A stretch of DNA of 64,000 nt from the human T2T-CHM13v2.0 reference genome, Homo sapiens, in the NCBI RefSeq assembly GCF_009914755.1, contig NC_060929.1; one strand, written 5' to 3'. Under the pieces are notes generated by a model. The model ran no database searches and had not been told where the DNA came from. It saw nothing but the letters and a program-made list of their open reading frames with translations. The stretch's first letter is position 1. Every line of letters starts with the position of its first letter. The translations under genes and the position numbers were made by a program. Below are positions 1-12,885 of the stretch, one piece after another.

Positions 1-56
1 TATTGAGCCACTAAGAAAGTGGTAATTTTTTACTATAGCAATAGGAAACTAATACG
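1..56 (+). mobile_element. 3' end of an MLT1-type MaLR LTR (cut by window edge)
   Basis: ...agccactaag...ggtaatttt..tactatagcaataggaaactaatac resembles the MLT1 LTR 3' terminus. Confidence 0.6.
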
Positions 57-1194
57 AGACATTATCTTCTGTTTGTTTCATGGTCATGTGTCTCAGCATC
101 TTCCTTCTCATCAATCAGTCAGTCTTACTTAGGGAGGAGGCCAGGTTGAAAGATGCTTCTTAAGTAACATTGAGCCATGAACTGCCACAGCTGCTGGTTC
201 TTCCTGACCCTATCCCCCTGCTCGCTCACTCCTTACACACACACACCACTGACTCTCTCCTTTAGGTGCTGGGTCTGGGTGGTGGAGCATCTAGGTCGCC
301 AGACATAGGTTTACAGGGTTTTTCTTCCTCATGGTTATTTGAATACCAGGAAGTGGTGGCTGCTCAAAATCCAGCAACACCCAATCAAAAGTGGGTGGGG
401 CCATGGAAATCCAACCTGAGTCGAGATTCGTCCAAAGGATAGTCTCCATAAGCTACAATTGTCAAATGCAAACTTCTGACCCATACACATTATGAGTTTG
501 AAAGAACATTTAGGGAAAAGGTATTTAAACACTGTCTCTCATACGCACTCAGTATCAGTACAGCTGACAGCCTGAGAAGTTACTCCATGTTAAAAAACTG
601 TTGTAAACACCTTCTGTACCAAACGCTTCTAGGCTGACACTGAATCACTCAACCTGGCTCTTGCTAGACCCCTCATTTTTTCCCCAACTGGGAAGACGTC
701 TATGTAATTTCATTTGACTCTGTTGATCACCAATATGCTACAGAGGGCATTTAGAGATTAATTGCATAGGCATTTTTGCAGCCCATAGAGAAGGCTTCAG
801 GAAACTGTTACAATGAGTAATTGTTCATTCAATAGACATTACAGCAATTCCAGACATGCAGTGATGAAATTAATCATAGTCTAAAACATTCAACCAGGAA
901 CTTGTAAACAGCCTATCTTAGAGTATTTCCAACAGACCAATTCTTTCATCCTTTCAGAAAACTTTATTCAAATCACAAATGCCTGTAAGATATTTGTAGA
1001 GCCTTTCCAAGGATCTCAGCTGGCAGAATAACTATTGAAGAGATAATCTATTCAGGAAAGATAAAATGTTTTCCAGCCTTCATATAAATTGTATTTCCTC
1101 TTTGTTTCTGAAATGATGGCAGCCAGAAAGAGGTCTGCCTTGATAAAGAAGACGTTGAAGCTAATGTGGATTCTGATAATGGTGTGTTGGTGTT

Positions 1195-1272
1195 GAAGAA
1201 GAAAAAGAAAGGGAAGAAGGGAAAGAACGAGAATAAGAAGGAGGAGGAGAAGAAGGGTCGGGGAGGAAGGGA
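1195..1272. repeat. GA-rich low-complexity tract
   Basis: near-pure purine run gaagaagaaaaagaaagggaagaaggg... Confidence 0.8.
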
Positions 1273-1674
1273 ACTGGCAAGTGTCAGAGCTATAAGAAAT
1301 CTTAGTGGTTATATAATCTGACCAGCACATGCACTGCAATCTCCTAGCTGGTGAATAATGGTGATTTATTTGGCTTTCAACATTGTCACATGATTCTTTT
1401 TAATGCAAACTTTGTCCAGTTAACACTGTACACAGTGTTGATCAGGGCATCCTTCTGCGCAAGTTAACCTACTTAGTGCAAGACTTTATACTTAAGCCCA
1501 GGAGTGGGTGCTCACATGGATGACCCTATAAAGTCACGGTTTCTGGTATCAACTGTCACCTTGCTGTTCCAGACAAGCCTTCTCTTTCCCAGTTCCCTTC
1601 CTTTCCCATCCTCCACCATATTTAAACTTTCAACAATCTCCTCTGACCCTAACATCTCCTTTCTTATTCCTAGC

Positions 1675-2995
1675 ATATTCATTTATTGATTTTAAAAAAA
1701 TATTTGTTGAGAGTTTACTGTGTGCCAATCATGCTGTGTGCCAGTCATGCTAAGCATCAGGGGAGCAGCATTGAACAAAATATAGCCCCAGCTCTCATGA
1801 AGTTTATGTTCTAGTGGAGGTAAAGAGTAGGAAATAAACATATACTACGTTGGATGCTGGAAAGTTTTCCAGGGAACATAAGGCAGAGGGAGGGAGCAGA
1901 GAGCAGGAAGAGAGCACCATTTTAGAGTGGTCCAAGAGGACTTCATGACAGGAAGGAAGCAAAGTGGTCCATGAGGACATGCGGCAAGTGTGTTCTAGGT
2001 AGACGAAGCATAGGAAGTGAGCACAGGAAGATGCTTCATATGTTTCACAGCTCGCACAAGCCAGACTGAGCAAGTAAAAGAGTAGTAGGAGCTGAGGTCA
2101 GAGAGGTAGATCACGTAGGACCTTGTGGGATATTGCAAAGACACTGACTTCATTCTCAGTGAGATGGGACCCCATTCGAGTGTGTTTAAGTAGAGGAATG
2201 ACATGACTTGATTTACACCCTGAAATGATGACTCTGTTGCTCTCAGCTAGGACTATGGGGAGCAAGAGGAGTGTATTAGTTTTCTGTGGCTGTCATAGCA
2301 AAGTACCAATAGTTGTGTGTCTTCAAAAATAGACACATTATTTCACAGTTATGGAGACCAGAAGTCCAAAATCTACGTGTCAGGAGGGCCATGGTCTCTC
2401 TGAAGGCACTAGGAGAACATCCTTTCATGTTAGCTTTGGTGACTGCCAACAGTCTTGGCCCTCATGGCTTGCAGCTCCCTCCCCCCAACCTCTGCCTCTA
2501 TCATCACCTGTCACCTTTTTTTGTGTGTCTTAACCTGGCTTTCTCATAAGAACACCAATCATTGGATTTGGAGCTTATCCTCATCCAGTTTGACTTCATC
2601 TTAACTAATTACATATGCAAAACCCTATTTCCAAATAAGGTCATATCCTGAGATTCCAAGAAGACATGAATTTTGGAGGAAACACCATTCAACTCAGTAC
2701 AATTGACCTCAGGGAGCTATTGAGATAATCCCATGAGAGATGATGGTGGCTTATTTGAGCAAGGGAGGTGATGACTGGTAATTAGATTTGGAAAAAATGG
2801 TAAAGACTGAACTGATAGAATTCACTAGTGGATTGAAGATGGGATACAAAGGAGTGAAGGATTTAGGGATGATGCCAAGGTTTTTTGACTTAAGCAACTA
2901 TAAGAATGCAATTTCTATTTTCAGAGATGACAGGGGAACAGGTTTTCAAGGAGAAACAAAGAGTTCTGGTTTAGAGAGGTTGAGTATGAAGCACC
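1675..2995 (-). mobile_element. L2 LINE remnant, interrupted by an MLT1 LTR
   Basis: atttattga...tatttgttgag..tactgtgtgcca.. is the reverse complement of the L2 3' end; L2-like purine-rich body continues on both sides of 2272-2701; boundaries approximate. Confidence 0.65.
2272..2701 (-). mobile_element. MLT1C-like MaLR solo LTR
   Basis: tgtattagttttctgtggctgtcatagcaaagtacc...cagaagtccaaaatc...ccctatttccaaataaggtcat...accattcaactcagtaca. Confidence 0.8.
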
Positions 2996-3329
2996 AGGTC
3001 TCCTACTTCAAAGAGAAAATGGAAGCCACCAAGCAGGGGTTCCCTAATTTCCTTCTAACCAAAGCTATGCACTTACCTGCATTACGTGCTATGCACATAC
3101 CCCCACTCTCCTTCTTCCCTTCTGGTTGAAGTTGCAGCTCAAACACTGTGCAGGGCTCCAGATCCCACCCCCTCCGCCCTCTTCAGGGAGGTTTATGTTC
3201 CTCACTTATTTACAATGTCAACTCCCATTTAAACATGCTCAAGGAGTTCACATCTTGAAATGAAGGAAGGGAGAAACGACGAATAAAAAATTAAAAAGGA
3301 GGAAGAAAAGGAAATCCCACTTTGAGAAA

Positions 3330-4500
3330 CACAGCCACCGCCTACTTGTCACTGTCATTCACAATTAGATTGCAGCTTCTCCCCCACCTGCAATTTCACT
3401 GAAACTGCTTCTGTCAAGAGCACCAAGGTCCTCCTTGCGTTAAATGCCACAGGCTTCACAGTCCTGATCTGACTTTTCAGGGACATTTGATACTCTTGAC
3501 TTGTTTTTGAAGCAGTCTTTCCCCTTGTGGCTTCTAAACATTTAACTCCCTTGGTCTTTCCCCCAATTCTGCACACTCTCTCTCCCCCACTCCATCCCCA
3601 CTCCTCCCACAGGTGTTGGTCCCATCTATGTCCCTGACATATAAGGTTCTAGCAGCAATCTTGCTCCTAAGCTTTGGACTCACACATCTGACTGCCTATT
3701 AGTCATCTCCACGTTGCTGTCTTATGTGTGCAGAAACTCAGCGAAGCCACCAAAGGACATAGGATCATTCTACCAACTCCTGCTGCCCTGAGCTCCCTGT
3801 CCCAGGGTCAGCACAGGGCTCCCCCATCCTGCAGACCCCAGGAGCCATCTGGTCAGCTCTCCCTCTCTCTCTGCGCCTCTGTATTAGTCTGTTTTCACAC
3901 TGCTGATAAAGACATATCTGGGACTGGTAATTTACAAAAGAAAGAGATTTATTGGACTTACAGTTCCATGTGGCTGGGGAGGCCTCACAATCATGGCAGA
4001 AGGTGAAAGGCACGTCTCACGTGGTGGCAGACAAGAGAAGAGAGCTTATGCAGGGAAACTCCCCTTTTTAAAACCATCAGATCTCGTGTGACCTATTAAC
4101 TTTCATGAGAACAGCACAGGAAAGACCAGCCCCCATGATTCAATTACCTCCCACCAGGTCCCTCCCACACACGTGGGAATTCAAGGTGAGATTTGGGTGG
4201 GGACACAGTCAAACCATATCAGCCTCTTACATGTAAATAGCCAAGTGTTCTGCTCCTCTGCAAATGTGCCTGCTTCCTGTGCACACTCTGTCTGCCTCTT
4301 AAGTCAGCCCCTGCTACTTCAGGTTCTCAGTTTAAAAGGTGACCTCCTTCAGGAAATCCTCCCTGAACCCTCAGTCTCAGTCACTTGTCCTTCCCATGTG
4401 CTCTTCCTTAAGTTCTTATTTCTGCAAGACAGCACTTACACCACTCTGTTCTAAATGCCAGTTTACTTGACTCCATCCTCCACACGACCATAAACTTGAA
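3330..4500 (+). mobile_element. Degraded L2 fragments flanking the THE1 LTR
   Basis: pyrimidine-rich L2-like text (actgaaactgcttctgtcaagagcaccaa; gactgcctattagtcatctccac); boundaries approximate. Confidence 0.5.
3880..4221 (-). mobile_element. THE1(A-like) MaLR solo LTR with 5-bp TSD
   Basis: tgtattagtctgttttcacactgctgataaagacata...ggggacacagtcaaaccatatca; perfect TSD GCCTC at 3875-3879 and 4222-4226. Confidence 0.92.
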
Positions 4501-5400
4501 ACCAGCCTGTCTCTTATCCTGTGGTCCCAGCAGCCTCCCCTCCTTTTCACCTCACAGGGTGACTTTTGGGCTCCTGGTCACTGTGTCCCCACCCTTTCCT
4601 CATCCCCTCCATGGCTGCCACTGCTCCTGGCTTGTTCCTCACCTCCTTGTGAAGGGAAGCCTCTCCAGCTCATCTGGGGCACTGATCCTCATTAACACAC
4701 CCAGCAGGAGCAAGCTGGGTCCCACTATGAGCCTCAACAATGGCACTGTGGGGAGAACGCCACCGTGTTTGCCCAAGCCAAGATTAATGAATGAGGATGG
4801 GGCTATAGAGAAGGAAGCATCCTGAGAGCTGCAGCTCACAGAAGCGGACTCATTATAAAGGACTTAGTTGAAGAGTGCTTTTTTATTTCCTTCTGCTGGT
4901 CTCCTAATCCATGCTTTGATTCTTCCTTTTTAGTAAATCCTGACATTCTCAAGAGTATCATGGGAAGAGTGTCCTAGTGAGTTTCTATAGCCTCCACCCA
5001 TTGTTCTCATTGCCACAGCAGCTTCTGTGCAGATCTCCACGGCCCCAAAGCCCCTGTGCAGCGGTGATGAAGAGCTAACTCCACTGCTGTAATAAGATGT
5101 TTCTCTCCATGGTTCCTCTTGCCCACAGCTGATGCCCCTTCTGAGGTCCAGCAGTTGCCATGAATATCCCTGTTTGATGGGTCCATAAGCAAGATTTTTA
5201 AATGCCCAGCTCACCATGACAGATGCATTAAACTCCCTTCTCTGTACATATTAGAGCAAACATTTTCCCCATTTGTAATATGAGAAAAAGATAATTTCTC
5301 CCGTAAAAGCCATGTTGCATGTAGAAAACTCAACAATATGAAAAGTTGCAAGAAAATTTAGTGACTGCTCACTTATTTTTGGAAAAGAAATAGAAACTTT

Positions 5401-5719
<319 letters not shown>

Positions 5720-5786
5720 TTATTTTCATTCTCCCATTGGCTCCTACTGTCCTATATTTCCTAGGGAGAAAATGTCTTAAAACAAC

Positions 5787-6091
<305 letters not shown>

Positions 6092-6359
6092 AAAACAACT
6101 TTAAGCTCCTTAACAAATTAACCACATAAACCCATGGTATATAAAATGGCACCTTTACGAAGGAAATCAATTAATCTCTAGGTACCACTGGGGACCAGAA
6201 CTTTGAGCTTTGCTATAAATTATAGCATCTGCTGCAATTCTGTATCACCCACACATGATGGAAACATTTTTTTCTGAACTGATAAACTGGCACTAAGCTA
6301 ATTGCTAAAGTACTTTTTAAGGCCTTTAACCTATTATTTTTTAATATGTAGAATACCAA

Positions 6360-6490
6360 ATGATTTTTGTATAAATTATGTCATTTATATAAATAATATA
6401 TATGTGCATAATGAAATAATTATATATTACATTATTATATATAACATTTTATTATGTATTATGTAATATATAATATTTATTTCATACATA
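6360..6490. repeat. AT-rich low-complexity tract
   Basis: degenerate (TA/ATT)n run. Confidence 0.75.
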
Positions 6491-6660
6491 GTTTAAAACA
6501 AACTTTGCCACATCTTAGTTTGTAAAAGGTTGAACTTGGAAAGAGAAGTTTAAAATATCAGCTATTTGTAACTTACTGCTATTAAAAGATATAAGTTAAA
6601 AAGTAAGCTATACAGAGACATATAGGCAAAGCAATACCTCTGTTTAAAAGTGACATATCA

Positions 6661-6995
6661 GGCCAGGCGTGGTGCTCACACCTGCAATCCCAGCACTTTG
6701 GAAGGCCCAGTGGGCACATCACTTGAGGCCAGGAGTTCAAGACCAGTCTGGCCAAAATGGTGAAACCCCGTCTGTACCAAAAATACAAAACACACACACA
6801 CAAACTAGCGGGGCAAGGTAGTACATGCCTGTAATTCCAGCTACTCAGGAGGCTGAGGCACGAGAATCGCTTGAACCCGGGAGGCGGAGGTTGCAGTGAG
6901 TTGAGATCACGACACTGCACTCCAGCCTGGGCAAGAGAATGAGGCTCTGTCTCAGAAAAATAATGAATGATGAATGAATGAATAAATAAAAAAAT
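6661..6995 (+). mobile_element. AluS with (CA)n linker and (TGAA)n tail
   Basis: ggccaggcgtggtg...; imperfect TSD aaaagtgacatatca / aaaagggacacatca. Confidence 0.93.
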
Positions 6996-7238
6996 ACATT
7001 TTAAAAAGGGACACATCAATTGCTAGATGGCTAATTCTCCTCCCATACATAGGCAAGAGAGGAGGGAACATTTGTCCATCATCAAAAATAATAGGCCAGG
7101 CTAACATTGTTAACTTATGGGGAAAAAACAGAAAAGAGAAGCAGTCCCAGGCTGAAACAAAAACAACAGAGAGAGCTTGCTTTATTTTGGTTTTAGTTAT
7201 TGGGATGTATAGAATAAAAAAAAAAAAACACAAAAAAT

Positions 7239-7566
7239 GGGTGGGTGCGGTGGCTCATGTCTGTAATCTCAACACTTTGGGAGGCCGAGGCGGGGGGCTG
7301 ATCTGAGGTCAGGAGTTCCAGACCAGCCTGGCCAACATGGTGAAACCTCGTCTCTACTAAAAAATACAAAAATCAGTCAGACGTGGTGGCGGCCACCTGT
7401 AATCCCAGCTACTCAGGAAGCTGAGGCATGAGAATCGCTTGAACCTGGGAGGCGGAGGGTGCAGTGAGCTGAGATCACACCACTCCACTCTAGCCTGGGT
7501 GATAGAGTAAGACCCTCTCTCAAAAAAAAAAAAGGAAAAAAAAAATATATATATATAGAGAGAGAG
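7239..7566 (+). mobile_element. AluS with A/(TA)/(GA) tail
   Basis: Alu dimer, both monomers recognisable. Confidence 0.93.
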
Positions 7567-8479
7567 GAAAAATCAGATGATAACATGTATTTACTCTGGA
7601 AAGTGTTCGGGGCTCATTTAATAATGGAGAAACTGTCCTCTACTCCACAAGAGTAGAAGTGCTTTCCTCTTCACAATGATGCACGTTGCCATCTCCTGGG
7701 AGAGCGAAAGAAAGCAGCATAGCCCATTTGATGCCTTAGTATTTCTATTGCCTCATTGAATTTGCAGCAACTGGTGAAGAGAGAACATCCATCTCCCACA
7801 AACGATCCTGCTAAATCTTACCAGCCACTGCTTGAACACCATCTTCTATATGAGATCCAGACCTAGATACCTAAGGTGGGGTCGTGTCTTCACCTGTGGC
7901 CCACGGTCCCCTACAGGAAGCCTCTCCATTGCTGGAACATGCCTTTTACTCCACAGCTGTTCCAGAGTGTTCTCTCCTTATCTGATTGGCAAGTATTTAT
8001 TCATGCTTCCAGACCCATGTCCTGTCAGTTCATCAGAGACACCTTCCCCAGCTGCCCTAGGGCAACTGACAACCCCTCTAGCCTGGCACCTCTCTTAGCT
8101 CACCTGTATGTTGATACATATGATGCAGTGCAGCCTATCCCCACACACGGAGTTTTCCTGACAACCTGGCTTATCCATGCCCTGCCGCTAACAGTGCCCA
8201 GCACAGAAAGTGCTCCGTGTTTCTACTACAAATAATTGAAAAGAGGCTGCATACAGCTTCTAAATCTGTATCATATTGAAAAAGATTTTGAAGATAATAA
8301 TTTAAAATATTTCCAACTCATTTCCTTACCATAAATGTTTTTGACATGTATGGCAGCCCGAGTTTGAATGACGGCATTAACTCATATAGCATGATATTAA
8401 GGATTTTAATTATTTTAAAGCTCTATTATTTCAATTCTCGAAATGCACTCCCCACCTTTGGAGTGTTTCTTCTGGGTTT

Positions 8480-8767
8480 CTTTTCTTTTCTTTTTTTTTT
8501 TTTTTTGAGACAGGGTCTCACTCTATTGCCTAGACTGGAGTGTAGTGCAATCTGCCTCCCAGGCTCAAGCGATTCTCGTGCCTCAGCCTCCTGAATAGCT
8601 AGGATTACAGGCCGGGCACCATCACGCCCAGCTAATTTTTGTATTTTTAGTAGAGACAGATTCCCCTATGTTGGCCAGGCTGGTCTCGAACTCCTGACCT
8701 CAAATTATACACCTGCCTCAGCCTCCTAAAGTGCTGGGATTACAAGCATGAGCCACCACGCTCCGCC
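8480..8767 (-). mobile_element. Alu (old S/J type) with small internal deletion
   Basis: reverse Alu; gcaatc|tgcctccc lacks the usual gctcactgcaacct segment. Confidence 0.9.
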
Positions 8768-8855
8768 TCTTTTGAGTTTCTATGCAATCATTTTCATGAA
8801 TGGTACATTTTGTTGAGTGGAAATTCTGCCAATTTCTTATTCCAACATTGATTCA

Positions 8856-8877
8856 GTGTGTGTGTGCGTGTGTGTGC

Positions 8878-8910
<33 letters not shown>
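8856..8910. repeat. compound (TG)n(AG)n microsatellite
   Basis: direct reading. Confidence 0.95.
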
Positions 8911-8911
<1 letters not shown>

Positions 8912-10224
8912 AGGTGGGAGCTGTGAAGACAGGATGTAGACAAAAGGTACACTCAAAGAGCAAGGTCTTGGGAAATAGGGAGACTAGGGCGCGTGTTTTT
9001 TATTTTATTTTTTCTGATGGATATTTCCATCATCCACTCGCCTTTCCATCAAGCAGGCTTGTCTCCAGCCTTCTCCACCTCATGCACCCCATACAGTCAT
9101 TACAGAAAGTGGGGTTCTCATCCTCTGTCCCTTTTTGTTTTCGAGTGAGTTGATATGAATACAAAGGTGTGCACTAATTCGAAGGGCAGTGGAGCAGTGA
9201 TAATTTGTGTCTAAAGTCTCTTAGTCCAGTATTTTTAACACAATGCTCTAAATTGTAATGTCAATACTAACCACAATTATCCTCTATTAAACGTTACGCT
9301 GTTGATGATCTGCCTTAGTGATGAAACTGTTCAGAAATCTCACCCAGGACTGTGCTCATGGAACATCAGATTAAAACAAGCAATTAATCAAAGTTTGAAA
9401 CACTGTTTAACATTCTCAACATCTGAATCTGCCCTTAAATAGCGGCTGAATTTTCCTTCTTTTATGATTCATTCTTCACGTTTCTGCAAATTGTCACATC
9501 CTTATCATTTGTGACACAGCTTTTGACTGGAAAAATATTATTTCAAGTTTTGGGAGAATTTGCTATGGAGGAATCACAATTCTATTCTGTGAGGTATTCC
9601 ATTATGTAAACATGAACTATTCTATTATTAATCACCCAAGAGTTATTTTTAGAAAATAGAACGTAAAGCATTTTATTTTATATGATTTAAAATCTAGTCA
9701 TTGATTACTTCAAACAACCAGCATGTTCAATTCATGTTTCTAGGGAAAACATCCTTCCTGTCTTCTCATCTGCTCTGCAGTTGTTCATTAAAATGTGCCA
9801 ATTGCCTCCATTAGGTAGATAAGAAGGTAGAAAATCCCCAGGTACCGCTAGTTCGCAACCTGTTCCTGGGGAGTCAATAGCCTCATTTTTCATTTCCTCT
9901 TTTCATTTAAAAAAATACTCATCTAGTGAAAGAAAAAGACTTCTCACTGCTGGCAAACACATTTCATAGAACTTCATTAAACCAAGTAATAGGATTAGCT
10001 TTTAAATGATTTAAGAAGGTATGTAAGGTTTTACAAAAAGAAAATCTAATTAAGATGGTGCTCAAAGAATTCAAGACACTAATAATTAACTAAATTAATT
10101 GTGATAGGTCTATCGGAGGGCTATGCAAATGTTAGTCATTGTCATTATTGCAGGTACTAGGACACAACATTTTGGTGAGCTTTTGGGGTTATAAGTATGC
10201 AAGATGCCCTGCTTATGTAATATG

Positions 10225-10839
10225 TACTGGAGTAAAGCTATTTTTATTTCACTCATTTTTATCTTTTTACAAGCTCTCTGTTTCAGAAATTAGATAACAA
10301 GACATAAGTCCTAGACCATGCATTCCTGGTGACTGGTTACTTCAACACAGCAAAAAGTCATGCTTCAGTTTGCCAACCAGCACGAGGCACAAGAGCATCA
10401 CCTCAGAGCTCTCTATGTTGCAGAACTGACAGGCACTTTGGAATCTGCCCACAGCATCCTAAACTCTTAACCATTTGTAACAGGTCTGAAAAATTACACA
10501 CAGAGCGAAAGCTTTCATAAAAATATATTTAAAACAAGCAAGAAAAAATAGTTTTGGCCTTAAGGATAACTTTCATTATTCTTTTAACCAAGTATAGTTA
10601 AATTATATGTATAATGATTTCAAGTACCAACTTATAAAAGATGTGACAAACCAGACAACGAAGAACAAGAGGACTCTTTTTCTCAGAAAAATGTATTTGC
10701 AATTCAAATGTTCATATAAAAAGCATAAATTTTAAAAAGTTCATAGATGTGTTTTTAGAAGTGCTATGGTTTTGCCATTCACTGCAATTACATTGCAAAA
10801 TGTGCAGGGTGGTCCACACTGCATCATCTTATGCTTTTG
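10225..10839 (-). other. MARCHF11: 3' UTR region of MARCHF11 (distal end uncertain)
   Basis: AU-rich non-repetitive sequence following TGA at 10840-10842. Confidence 0.55.
10243..10248 (-). terminator. Candidate canonical polyadenylation signal AATAAA for MARCHF11
   Basis: first TTTATT on + (AATAAA on -) that I find downstream of the stop, ~590 nt away; use is unproven and closer variant hexamers exist. Confidence 0.35.
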
Positions 10840-11162
10840 TCACACTGAAGTCACTCTCATCACAACCTCCCCCGAGCTGTTATCTTCTGATAAGTCTTCA
10901 TGGGGCCTCATCCGATTGAACAGGTGCAATAACACATAGCCACACTGAAACCTTGGTGAGGTTAACTGAGTTGGGTGGACCAAGTTTCTGTTCCGCAGAG
11001 CTGTCAATGGCAACCACAAAGTCCTACTTGTGGAAGACTCTCCCCGGCTGCTTTCTTCGATGTCTGTGGCTTTGTCATAATTTAACACATCCCAGTGCAA
11101 ATTCACAGCTCGCCAGCGCTTAAACACTCTGTAAACTGCAGCTCCTTCATGAACAATGAGAC
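10840..11162 (-). CDS. MARCHF11: MARCHF11 terminal coding exon: cytoplasmic tail with YxxL motif and C-terminal PDZ-binding motif
   Basis: acceptor ttttctcaaattttag|GT at 11163/11162, phase 1; reads (G)[30 protein letters not shown]...[10 protein letters not shown]...VVMRVTSV*; recognised as the MARCH4/9/11-type tail, specifically MARCH11. Confidence 0.96.
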
Positions 11163-11469
11163 CTAAAATTTGAGAAAATAAAAAACCAAAAAGACTGGTG
11201 ATAATCCAAGGCTGGGAGTGTTATTTTGTATACAAGTAAGGGATCCAAAAATAGTTATGTTATTCATCATCAGCAAAAATACAGTATTCTGTTTACTCAA
11301 ATATTATGGCTAATGGCAAGTTACTACCCATATGACACAGAAATAATCCATTTTTGAAGAATGAGAATACACTAATATGTAGCGAATCAAGCTATTGTGG
11401 ATATAATTTCCTTGCTCCATCATGGCTCAGATTTTGCTTTGGGAATTTATATTGCCTTAGGAGAATCAT

Positions 11470-11925
11470 TAGGTTCATTTATGCATTTAACACATATTCT
11501 TGAGTGCTCATTGTGTGGCCAAGCAATGTGTTAGGGGCTTGAACCCAGCTGGCAGTTTAGTTTGAGAAAGAGACAGATGTTAATGTCATTACAGATACTA
11601 AGGTTACTGTTTCCCCAGTTCCTAAAACAATGCCTGACGCACAGTAAAAACCATGTAAATTTTGTTATTTGTACTCTCCTCAACAATTCAACAAAAATGT
11701 ATTGAACAGTTACTTTAGAGCTTTATGAATATTATCCCATGTAGTACTCATCGTAGTCTTATAAATTTAAGTACTAGCACTTACCCCGTTTGGCAAACAA
11801 GGAAACCAAGCCTTGGGGATGTTCAGAAACGTGCTCAAAAACATACAACTAGTAGCGGTGGAGAGCAGGGATTCAAAAACAGGCAGGCTTGCTCCAGGGT
11901 CCTTGCTCTTTGCTGCTATAAAGTG
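11470..11925. mobile_element. L2 and MIR fragments
   Basis: ttcatttatgcatttaacacatattcttgagtgctc (L2 minus); ggaaaccaag..ggatgttcagaaacgtgctcaa (MIR core). Confidence 0.55.
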
Positions 11926-12289
11926 AATCAGATCTTTCCACGTTTCTGAGACAGACTCTCAGGAAAATAAAGTAATACAGCAAACTTGGAAACCGTTAAG
12001 TCAGACAGGATGCACTAGCACATGTGTCATCTCCACTATCCACTCCAGATCTGTCACACACCCTGCATTTCACACATTTACATTTCAGCGTGTTGTCCAA
12101 AGGCTTTTGAATTCGTGATCCCTCACAAAAAGTAGTCCCTGGGGAAGGTCTCTCAGGTGAGGTGAAGTGAGGAAGAGCTCTTCTCTTTGAGGAGGCTGAA
12201 AGTCCACTGAAGTTGGTAGAGAGATCAATGAATATCCTTTGGTAGATGAAGTACGGCATGTGAGCAGAGCATGTCGGCTGGCACAACCA

Positions 12290-12885
12290 TGTTTTAATGA
12301 TAAATTTAAAAATGAGCAGATCCCACCTTTTAGCAGTTAGACCTTTGGGTATATGCCCTAGAGAAACTCTCACAAATGTGAACAAGGAAGTAAGTTAAAA
12401 AATGTTTACTACCTAATTGCCTGTATTTGAAGGAAAAAATTGCAAGGCATCTCAAAGTCTATCCTCAGAAGAATGGATAAATTGTATGTAGAACCAATGG
12501 ATAAGAGTAATGAGATAAAATGAAACATAGTCATCTGCATTAATGTGGATACCTCTGAAACCATAATGACAATCCCAAAGTCACAATGAAAAAATTAAAG
12601 TTTCAGAAAGAAACAACCAGAATGAATAAATACTATACATTTTAATAAAGACACACACATATATATATGGTAGACATATAAAAGCATTGATGAGAATAAT
12701 AACCACTAAATTCATGGTAGTGAAGAAGGAAGGAAAGAAACAAAATTGGGAAGTGGCTTCAAAGAGGGTTTCAACATTTGGGTGTCCCAAATGTTGCATT
12801 TTTTAAACTGGGTGGTGGAGATATTAATGCTCAACATATTATTCTGTGTATTTTTGGTGACTGAATAATTCAAAATTTCAAAAAT
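12290..12885 (+). mobile_element. Old L1 (L1ME-like) 3' region
   Basis: tttgggtatatgccctagagaaactctcaca...gaatggataaattgt...tttaaactgggtggtgg; boundaries approximate. Confidence 0.7.

Noticed and set aside
1052-1339. Leucine-rich signal-peptide-like ORF
   Set aside because: The hydrophobic run is the antisense reading of a GA-rich low-complexity tract
10840-11127. ORF-track 95-aa protein starting at 11127
   Set aside because: The start is a GTG inside the terminal exon; the exon begins at the 11162 acceptor
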